Origin: Candidatus Lindowbacteria bacterium RIFCSPLOWO2_12_FULL_62_27
GTDB lineage: Bacteria; Lindowbacteria; 2-12-FULL-62-27
Assembly (NCBI GenBank): GCA_001784175.1
Contig: MFPR01000030.1
Span: 1 to 64,000 of the forward strand
DNA length: 64,000 nucleotides
Direction of reading: 5' to 3'
In this document: piece by piece, positions 56,912-64,000 of the stretch
How positions within the stretch are numbered: position 1 is the stretch's first letter
Layout of the letters: the number at the start of each line of letters is the position of its first letter
Notes under the pieces: model-generated
What the model was told of the DNA's origin: nothing
Databases searched by the model: none
What the model saw: only the letters and a program-made list of their open reading frames with translations
Program-made: the position numbers and the translations under genes

Positions 56912-56973
56912 GCCGGCCGCCCGGCCGGCGTCGGAGACGCCGGCACTTGGAGCGCCAGAGGCGCTGACCCGGC
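56912..56973. repeat. Double-hairpin element, copy 3 (intergenic)
   Basis: GCCGGCGTCGGAGACGCCGGCACTTGGAGCGCCAGAGGCGCTGACCCGGC. Confidence 0.85.
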
Positions 56974-56983
56974 AGCCTGCCCT

Positions 56984-57505
56984 TTATTTGGAACCCTCGG
57001 CGCCCTTCTTCTGCTTGTCCGTCTCCTCCACGACCTTGGCCAGGAGCGTTAAAAGATCGCCGCCGCTCATGACCTCGTCTACCGTGCTTTCGGACGGGAC
57101 CATATTCATGTAGATCGCCTCCCTGAGCGCAAATCGCTGGCTGTTGGGAAACAATCGGTACATGAACCCTCCTTTGTACCCCATCGCCGTCAAAAGAATA
57201 TGGACGGCGTTGCCCTTCGTGAGCGGCACATCCTTCATCTTTTCAATGTCCGGCCGGAACTTGATTCCCATATTAAACAGGAACGTCAGCTCCTCCTTCA
57301 TATCGGACGTGGCCTCATATCCCTTGTACCGGGCGCACGCCCTGACCACATCCTCCACCGTGGCCGGCTTTTTCCTCAGCAGCACGCGGTAATATTCGTT
57401 TTTGCTCTCCGCCAGGGCCGACGCGCCGGTGGCGCCGAGCATGATGGCCGCAAACAGCCCCATGCCGACCCACAGCCGTATTTGCCCTCTCCAACCTCTA
57501 AGCAT
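56984..57505 (-). CDS. Hypothetical secreted protein
   Basis: Signal peptide, SD GGGAG, co-oriented in the operon. Confidence 0.7.
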   Translation of the reverse strand: MLRGWRGQIRLWVGMGLFAAIMLGATGASALAESKNEYYRVLLRKKPATVEDVVRACARYKGYEATSDMKEELTFLFNMGIKFRPDIEKMKDVPLTKGNAVHILLTAMGYKGGFMYRLFPNSQRFALREAIYMNMVPSESTVDEVMSGGDLLTLLAKVVEETDKQKKGAEGSK

Positions 57506-57528
57506 GTTCGTCTCCCGTCAAGAAAAAA

Positions 57529-59043
57529 TTACAACTCAACCGAAACCTTGAACCGCCAGTACGTCTCCGCGTTCTTGGTCGTCAGATACGCGCTGCCCGG
57601 ATGGAAGTATCCATACTTCAACTGATACGTCACGTCGCTGAACTGGCGCCAATTGAAGTTCACGTCGACCTCGTCGCCGATCCGGTTGCTCGACTGATAG
57701 TCGATCTTGCTGTCATTGCCGGCCGCGCCCTTGCTGCCGGTCCAGCGGCGGAACACATAGTATTCCGGCGCAATGGAGAACTCCTGCACCGACTTGTTCG
57801 GCGACCGCGCGAAGGGCTTGATGCTCGCGCCGAATTTGTAGACCGTCATGTTGGTCATGGTCGGCGACATGGCCAGCCCGAGGGAGGCGCCGCCGAAGGG
57901 ATTGAATCGCGAGTCGTTTCCCGAGGACGAACCGCCCTGCGGGGAGTTGGTCGAGGTCGCGTCCTCGTCGCCCGTGGCGGTGACAAGCTCGAAAAACATA
58001 TTGGGCTTGAGGTCCCCGCTAAAATAGTACTTCATGCCGGTTATCAGCGCCCTGGCGTTGATGCCGACAATCTTGCTGCCAACGCCGCCCACCGAGCTGT
58101 CATAGGTATGGCCGCGCTCGACGATGTATTCGGCCCAGTACTGCAGGTCCTTGGTGACGCGGCCCTCGGAGACCCAGCCGAAATACTTGGGTTCCAATCC
58201 GTGTTTCTGCTCGGGCGTGCTCGCGCTGAGGTTCTTGTTCCGCTCGCTCACCTGCACGTAATAGAAGCTCATCTTGGCCTTGGGATGCACGTCGTATTTC
58301 CCGTGAATGCCGTAAAATTGCCGCTTGGTCCGGCCCGACCCCGAAGCCGTAGCGTCGATGTTGTCGTCGCCCGGGTTCTGCCTCAGAGCAAACATCTTGT
58401 ACTCGCCCTTGCCCGCCTTGCCGACCTTGGTCGACTCCCAGAGGACGCCGTCGGCCGTGAGGGCAAACGCAATACCGCGTCCGACCTGGGTGAACTGCCG
58501 GCCGACCGTCAGCTTGCGTTTCCCGCCGGCCTTGGTCCCCGTGAACTCCTTTTCGTAGTACGCCATGTCGATGGTGGGCTGGATGTAGTTGTTGCCGCGT
58601 GTGGCGGCGGCGTTTTTCTTGGTTTCGGTGTACTTGGTCGTGAGCCGCGTGTAGAACTTGGCCTTCTTCTCCATCTTGACGTTGAGGAAGGGCTTGACTT
58701 CGTAATCCCAACTGTGGTCCTGCGCGTCGGCCTCGCTGGAGTTTCTGTCCGAGCCGTTGTCGCCCCAGGTGTTCTGGACCGACATGGGAGAGCCATAGGT
58801 GAATATCCAGCCGGTCTTGCGGCCGAGGTCGCCAAACATCCGGGACGATCCGCCGGAGATATCCTCGGTGCGCTTCAAGGCCTCAATGGTCTCGATCTGC
58901 TCGCGCCGCAATTCCTCGGCGGACATTTGCGCATTGGCGCCCTTCTGGAATCCAGGAGCGAGGAGCCATGCCACGGAAGCCAGTACGACGAATCCCAAAT
59001 CCAAAATCCAAAATCTAAAATCCAAAATCTCCGTTTTTTTCAT
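57529..59043 (-). CDS. Outer-membrane beta-barrel (alginate-export-like)
   Basis: Signal peptide, LTVGRQ....GRG, ATGD, GDEVD, YGYFHPG.AY, terminal beta strand. Confidence 0.75.
   Translation of the reverse strand: MKKTEILDFRFWILDLGFVVLASVAWLLAPGFQKGANAQMSAEELRREQIETIEALKRTEDISGGSSRMFGDLGRKTGWIFTYGSPMSVQNTWGDNGSDRNSSEADAQDHSWDYEVKPFLNVKMEKKAKFYTRLTTKYTETKKNAAATRGNNYIQPTIDMAYYEKEFTGTKAGGKRKLTVGRQFTQVGRGIAFALTADGVLWESTKVGKAGKGEYKMFALRQNPGDDNIDATASGSGRTKRQFYGIHGKYDVHPKAKMSFYYVQVSERNKNLSASTPEQKHGLEPKYFGWVSEGRVTKDLQYWAEYIVERGHTYDSSVGGVGSKIVGINARALITGMKYYFSGDLKPNMFFELVTATGDEDATSTNSPQGGSSSGNDSRFNPFGGASLGLAMSPTMTNMTVYKFGASIKPFARSPNKSVQEFSIAPEYYVFRRWTGSKGAAGNDSKIDYQSSNRIGDEVDVNFNWRQFSDVTYQLKYGYFHPGSAYLTTKNAETYWRFKVSVEL
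58991..59030. repeat. Heptamer tandem repeat (AAAATCC/T) in frame in the signal-peptide region
   Basis: aatcccaaatccaaaatccaaaatctaaaatccaaaatct, encoding EILDFRFWILDLGF. Confidence 0.85.
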
Positions 59044-59054
59044 GTCCGGCCCCC

Positions 59055-60038
59055 TCACTTGATCTTGATCGTCAGGCCGATCCGATGGGTCTGCCCGAGA
59101 TCGTCATGAGTGCTGTATGCATAGTCGAGCGCCAGGAACTTGATGTTGAACCCGAGGCCCGCCAGAAATTCGCTGCTGTCGGTGGTGTATCCTCCGCGAA
59201 GGCCGAGGACCCTGGAGAAGAGCCGGATTTCGCCGCCGAACCGCCAGCTCATCTCGCCCTCCTCGTTTTCGATGTCCGCCGCAAGAGTCATCCAGGTGAA
59301 CGGATCGACGCTGGCGCCGCCGCGGATTCGCAACGGGAACTTTTCGTCCGTCGCCTTGAACCGGAACGTCGGCGCGACCAGATTTTCGACCATCACCCCC
59401 ATCCGGGCCCATTCGGCCGGAAGGAACATGAACCCGACGTCGGCGCCGAATCCGTTGGTGGAAAACTCGGCGATCTCGCCGCGGACGCCCTTGAAGTTCG
59501 CCCCGACGGCGGCGCGCTTGCGGCCGTCTTCGCCGCCAAAGCCGGCGCCCACCGTGAAGTACAGGGCGCCGTCCCTCGCGTTGAAGGACGTGTTGGTCAG
59601 GTTGCCGGCGGCGTCGGCGCCGCGGAGCTTGCCGGCGTCAAAAAAGACGCCCGACACGCCATATCCGACGTGCCGGCTGGGATTGCGGTGCGCAAAACCG
59701 ACGGTGTGGTACTGCAGATCGTCAACTTCGGTGTAGGGCTGACTGAACAGGGATGTGAGTTCAGTGCCTTCGATAAGACCGAGTCCGGCGGGGTTCCAGT
59801 AGAAGCTTCCAGCGCCCATCGGCACGCTTGTGGCGGCCTTCCCCATGCTCACGGCTCGAACGCCGGCGCCATGACGCGTGAACGCGTCAATGCCGGGCGC
59901 GCCCGCGGATGCGGGCAGAGAAGTCCAGTGAACCATGGCGGCTGATATTAGAAACAAGGCCGCGCAAACAACACTCAATCCAACCCACGCACGTCGCCGA
60001 TTTTGCAGTCTCATCATTGTCTTTGACATTGTATCCAC
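59055..60038 (-). CDS. PorV/PorQ-family outer-membrane protein
   Basis: GAGVRAVSMG.A, FYWNPAGL, G.GADVG, LRGGY, LDYAY...DLG.THRI. Confidence 0.85.
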   Translation of the reverse strand: MDTMSKTMMRLQNRRRAWVGLSVVCAALFLISAAMVHWTSLPASAGAPGIDAFTRHGAGVRAVSMGKAATSVPMGAGSFYWNPAGLGLIEGTELTSLFSQPYTEVDDLQYHTVGFAHRNPSRHVGYGVSGVFFDAGKLRGADAAGNLTNTSFNARDGALYFTVGAGFGGEDGRKRAAVGANFKGVRGEIAEFSTNGFGADVGFMFLPAEWARMGVMVENLVAPTFRFKATDEKFPLRIRGGASVDPFTWMTLAADIENEEGEMSWRFGGEIRLFSRVLGLRGGYTTDSSEFLAGLGFNIKFLALDYAYSTHDDLGQTHRIGLTIKIK

Positions 60039-60084
60039 ATCCCTTCGGTTAATGCAACACTTTTTTTCGATATTTTTCGAACCC

Positions 60085-63000
60085 CTAACGCACCACCGCC
60101 AGCTTGTCCACCATTCTGGCGCCGCTGGCTTCTACAATATATATGTAAACGCCCGATGCGACCTTCTGGCCGAACCGGTTCGTCGTGTCCCAGAGAATGG
60201 GCGAGGCCGTTCCGGAAAGCTCCCGGACCATGCGGCCGCCCACGTCGAAAATCGTGATCTTGACTTCACCGCTCGTGATGTTGTGCTTGAAATTCATGAT
60301 GCCGGCTCCGTCCGGACCCGGGTTTGGATAAACGAACGTATGATCTTTGGCCAGCGGCGCCGCGAGAAACGCCGCGAGGTATTCGGGCAGGCCCACGGCC
60401 AAGGTCATGGAGATTTTAGATTTTAGATTTTCGATTTTTGATTGTAAAACCACAGAGGAAGATTTGCGCATGTCGACGGTGCCCGTCGGAGTGACCAGAT
60501 AGACATCGTAATTTTCCGGGATGTTGTCGATGTTGTCCCACGTCAGCGTCACCGGGTCGGTCAGGTCCGTGTAGACCTCGACGTCCCACGATTTGGCCGT
60601 TGTCACCGGCGGCGCGTAGGACGCGGCCGCCAGCGGCGCGTCCGGCTGGTCCTTGTCCCGGATGCCCAGCGTGAGGTACCCGCTCGCGACGGCCGGGGGT
60701 TCGAACAGGCTGGATTTCGACGCGGCGTCGGCGGTCGGCATCACGCCCACGTAGTTCTGCACGTCCGAGATGCCCGACCCTTGGGCGGCCAACTGGATCG
60801 CCCAGTTCGCCTCGTTGCCCGTCAGACCTTTCTGGCGGTAGACACCGGCCAGGTACCGCGGGGACTGGTTCAGGACCTGCGACGCGACGGAGTCCGGATA
60901 GGCGGGTTTGGGGTCGATCCTCATCACGACCGCGTCGGTGTCGACCCAGAGCCAGAATCCGGCCATCGGTTTCATGAGGACCGGCGAGAGGTTGTTCGGG
61001 CCGGCCGAGTCGGGGCCCCACCAGTAGTTGCCGATGGCGTCGTCGCGCCAGTAGATCGCGTTTTTGATCATGCCGTAGAAGGCGGCAGATGTTGGTTGAT
61101 AGAACACGTCCTCGCCGCTGTCCGTGGTCGAAAACTTCACGGCGTTGTCCCAGTCGACGAAGTAGAACTGCCCGGAACCGATCTGGTGCCAGCCTTTGCC
61201 GACCAGCGTGTCGTAGACGGTGACGTTGGTGTCGGGAACGCCCGGGGTCTGCATCAGGCCGCCCTCGTGGTCCTTGACCCAGTAGGCCCGGCCGCGGACG
61301 ATCTTCGACGGCGTCCGGTATTTGTTGAAGGCGTTTGCGCTGTCGACCGACGTCACCCATTCGTAGACGTAGGCGGGCACGCCCGACCCCAGCGTGCTCG
61401 GCGCGCCCGGCTCGCCCTGCACGACGCGCGCGACGGTCGGGGTGTCCGGCGTCTTGTTCGGCGCCCACATCCGCCAGCCCTTGCCGGGCTGCGAATCGGC
61501 CTGCGCCGGGACCGAGAGCTTGTCGCTGTAAGCGTAGAAAAACCGCGACGCGCCCGTCGAGCCGACCTGCGCTTCGATCTTGTGGAAACTGCTGGTCAGG
61601 TCGGGCGCGAAGAAGAGTTCCGCCTGGCCCGACCCGTTGGTCGGCACGGCCGCGAGGATCAGGGATGAGGGATGGCGCTGCGTGAAGGTCACGGTCTCGC
61701 CCGGCGTGGGATTGCCGTTGACGTCGCGGATCGTCACCCGGATCGTGACCATGCCGGTGTCGTCCGCGAGCAGATGCGTGTCGGGGAAGGTGACGCCGGT
61801 GGCGGCCCCGGCGAGGACTGTGACGTCGACCGTGTCAGCGCCGGAATTGAGACCGTCGGACACGGTCAGGGTGAATGAGTAGAGACCGGATACGGTCGGG
61901 ACAAAGAACGGGTTCGGGGCGGTCGCGGAGGACAGCGTCACCGACGCCGGGCCGCCGGCCTGCGTCCACGCGAAGGTGATGCGGTCGCCGTTGGAGTCGG
62001 TCGAGGCGGCGCCGCTCAGCGTCACGGTGTCGCCGGCGATGCGGACGGTGTCGGATCCCGCGACGGAGGCGAGGGGCGGCGTGTTGAGGCCGGTGCAGAT
62101 GATGTCGTCCGGCGCCGAGGTGTCCTTGCCGTCGAAGACGCGGAGACGAAATACATACACGCCGTAGGAATCGATCAGGACGCTCGGCGTCGCCGTGTTG
62201 GCGCCCAGAATCGCCGGGGTTGTCGGCCCGGACACCTGCGACCACGTGTAGGCGAGCGTGTCGCCGTTCAGGTCCGTTGAGGCGAGGCCGCTCAGGGTGA
62301 TCGTGTCCGGATGAAGGATCATCGCGTCGGGGCCGGCGTTGGCGGCCGGCGGAACGTTGCCGGCGGTGACGCGGACGGTGTCCGGGGCCGAGGTGTCGAA
62401 TCCGTCGTTGACTTCGAGCTGGAAGATGTAAGTGTCCATAAACGCGGTGTCGAGGACGAAGGTCGGACTCGCGACCGTGAAAGACGGCGTCAGGGCCACC
62501 GTCGGGGCGCCGTTGGCAGTCTGGGTCCACCGGTAGGTCAGCGGGTCGCCGTTGGTGTCCATCGACGCGCTGCCGTTCAGCGTGTCGACCGATCCGGCCG
62601 GGACGACGACGTCGAGGCCGGCGTTGGCGACGGGCGGGGTGTTGGTCGCGGTGATGAGGATCGTGTCGGTCGCCGTGTCCGTGCCGTCGTCGACCACCAC
62701 CTGGAACAGGTACTGGGTCACGCTGTCGGCGGACGCGAAGGCCGGGTTGGCGGCCGACGGGCCGGGCACGAGTGACACAAGCGGGCCGGTGATCCGCGTC
62801 CAATTGTACGTCAGCGTGTCTTCGGTGTCGGCGTCGGTCGAGGCGGCGGCGTTCAGAAAGACCGTGTCCTTCTTCGTCACGGTCGCCGTTGCCGGGCCGG
62901 CGTCGGCGATGGGTTTCGTGTTGACCACCGTGTCCTGGACCGTGTCGGCGTTCGTGTCCGTGCCGTCGTTTACGACCAGTTGAAATACATACGTGCCTTT

Positions 63001-64000
63001 CAGCGTCATGTAGACGCTCGCGGTTGCGGCCGTGGGGTTATTGATCGTGACGGCCAGGCCGGAAAGTTGCGTCCACGAGTAGGTCAGGGCGTCGCCGGCA
63101 TCGCTGTCGGTCGAGGCCACGCCGACCAGGAGAATCGTGTCGTTGTTGGGGCGGGTCGTGTCGAGACCGGCGTTGGATACCGGGAGCGTGTTCAGGACCG
63201 TGACCAGCACGGTGTCGTACGAGGTGTCGACCGCGTCGTTCACGCGGAGCTGGAAGACGTAGACGCCCTTGTTGGTCATGAAGACGCTTGCGACCGCAGC
63301 CGACGCGTTGTTGATCGACGCGGCCGGGCCGGAAAGCTTTGACCACAAATAGGCGAGCGTGTCGCCGTTGGCGTCGGACGAGCCGGCGCCGTTCAGGGTC
63401 ACCGTGTCGTTGTTCGGGACGCTCATCGTGTCCGGGCCGGCGTTGGCGACGGGCGCGACGTTGCCGGCCGTGACGCGGACGGTGTCCGGGGCCGAGGTGT
63501 CGAATCCGTCGTTGACTTCGAGCTGGAAGACATAATCTCCGATGAAGGATGTGTCCAGGACGAAGGTCGGAGTCGAAACCGTGAAGGACGGCGTCAGCGT
63601 GACCGTCGGGGCGCCGCTCGAAAGCTGGGTCCACCGGTAGGTCAGCGGGTCGCTGTCGGCGTCGGTCGAGCCGCTGCCGGTCAGGGTGTCGGTCGATCCG
63701 GCCGCCGTGCCGTGATCGATACCGGCGTTGGCGACCGGGACCGCGTTGACGGCCGTGATCTCGACCGTGTCGGCGGCCGTGTCCGTGCCGTCGCTCACGA
63801 CCATCTGGAAGACATACTTGGTGACGCTGTCGGCCGACACGAAGGCCGGGTTGACCACCAGGCTGTTGGGCATCAGGGACACGAACGGGCCGGAAAGCTG
63901 TGTCCACGTGTACGTCAGGCTGTCGCCCGTGTCGGCGTCGGTGGAGGCGGCGCCGGAGAGGTAGACGGTGTCCTTCTTGCTGACCGTCGTGTCCGGGTTG
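60085..64000 (-). CDS. Large PKD/Ig-like repeat surface protein with T9SS-like (FlgD-Ig) C-terminal domain; 5' end outside window
   Basis: Frame open from 63882 to the right edge; P.ANAG.D...L....S.D..GD.LTY.W.Q..G repeats; C-terminal VYPNP...I.IFDV.G.MVREL...WD.TN..G..VASGVYIY.V...KLAVVR. Confidence 0.9.
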   Translation of the reverse strand, partial: NPDTTVSKKDTVYLSGAASTDADTGDSLTYTWTQLSGPFVSLMPNSLVVNPAFVSADSVTKYVFQMVVSDGTDTAADTVEITAVNAVPVANAGIDHGTAAGSTDTLTGSGSTDADSDPLTYRWTQLSSGAPTVTLTPSFTVSTPTFVLDTSFIGDYVFQLEVNDGFDTSAPDTVRVTAGNVAPVANAGPDTMSVPNNDTVTLNGAGSSDANGDTLAYLWSKLSGPAASINNASAAVASVFMTNKGVYVFQLRVNDAVDTSYDTVLVTVLNTLPVSNAGLDTTRPNNDTILLVGVASTDSDAGDALTYSWTQLSGLAVTINNPTAATASVYMTLKGTYVFQLVVNDGTDTNADTVQDTVVNTKPIADAGPATATVTKKDTVFLNAAASTDADTEDTLTYNWTRITGPLVSLVPGPSAANPAFASADSVTQYLFQVVVDDGTDTATDTILITATNTPPVANAGLDVVVPAGSVDTLNGSASMDTNGDPLTYRWTQTANGAPTVALTPSFTVASPTFVLDTAFMDTYIFQLEVNDGFDTSAPDTVRVTAGNVPPAANAGPDAMILHPDTITLSGLASTDLNGDTLAYTWSQVSGPTTPAILGANTATPSVLIDSYGVYVFRLRVFDGKDTSAPDDIICTGLNTPPLASVAGSDTVRIAGDTVTLSGAASTDSNGDRITFAWTQAGGPASVTLSSATAPNPFFVPTVSGLYSFTLTVSDGLNSGADTVDVTVLAGAATGVTFPDTHLLADDTGMVTIRVTIRDVNGNPTPGETVTFTQRHPSSLILAAVPTNGSGQAELFFAPDLTSSFHKIEAQVGSTGASRFFYAYSDKLSVPAQADSQPGKGWRMWAPNKTPDTPTVARVVQGEPGAPSTLGSGVPAYVYEWVTSVDSANAFNKYRTPSKIVRGRAYWVKDHEGGLMQTPGVPDTNVTVYDTLVGKGWHQIGSGQFYFVDWDNAVKFSTTDSGEDVFYQPTSAAFYGMIKNAIYWRDDAIGNYWWGPDSAGPNNLSPVLMKPMAGFWLWVDTDAVVMRIDPKPAYPDSVASQVLNQSPRYLAGVYRQKGLTGNEANWAIQLAAQGSGISDVQNYVGVMPTADAASKSSLFEPPAVASGYLTLGIRDKDQPDAPLAAASYAPPVTTAKSWDVEVYTDLTDPVTLTWDNIDNIPENYDVYLVTPTGTVDMRKSSSVVLQSKIENLKSKISMTLAVGLPEYLAAFLAAPLAKDHTFVYPNPGPDGAGIMNFKHNITSGEVKITIFDVGGRMVRELSGTASPILWDTTNRFGQKVASGVYIYIVEASGARMVDKLAVVR
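60412..60446. repeat. Heptamer tandem repeat (GATTTTN x5) in frame
   Basis: gatttta gatttta gattttc gattttt gattgta, encoding LQSKIENLKSKI; inverse orientation to 58991. Confidence 0.8.

Overview
GC-rich bacterial chromosome segment from a diderm organism. It has an rny-ymdB-spoVS operon together with outer-membrane beta-barrels and PorV-family/T9SS-like genes, so it may be an uncultured candidate lineage; the taxon cannot be fixed from sequence alone. (1) 1-10.75 kb is a minus-strand surface-protein operon: a 5'-truncated porV paralog, two tail-fibre-like secreted paralogs, and a >2,700-aa protein missed by the ORF track (ATG 8131, open to the left edge). That protein is built from beta-helix/FN3 modules and FG-GAP propellers whose near-identical DNA repeats carry hypervariable loops. 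(2) About 10.75-19.1 kb is a lower-GC integrative element abutting the 5' half of tRNA-Leu(CAA). It encodes a tyrosine integrase, an excisionase, an XRE-HTH/HD-GYP/RHH protein split by IS256 (8-bp TSD), an IS630-like HTH protein, a wHTH protein, an XRE regulator and two NYN RNases, each preceded by its own promoter and a compact structured leader RNA. (3) 19.3-24.2 kb is an iron locus: FMN-binding/ApbE fusion, membrane protein, DtxR, feoAB. (4) 24-49 kb holds housekeeping genes (nadK, tlyA, ispA, xseAB, folD, spoVS, ymdB, rny, pcrA, PhoH2, purH, namZ, purC, TPR proteins, NAD-GDH). (5) 49-64 kb holds envelope and secretion genes (M6 protease, barrels, AAA-DUF4143, FecR protein, porV, large PKD protein with T9SS-like C-terminal domain). 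Best leads: NYN RNases with cis-encoded structured RNAs (type III TA-like layout), the hypervariable repeat protein, the HTH-HD-GYP-RHH regulator, strong Asp-Thr enrichment in secreted proteins, and palindromic/heptamer repeats inserted in frame in genes.
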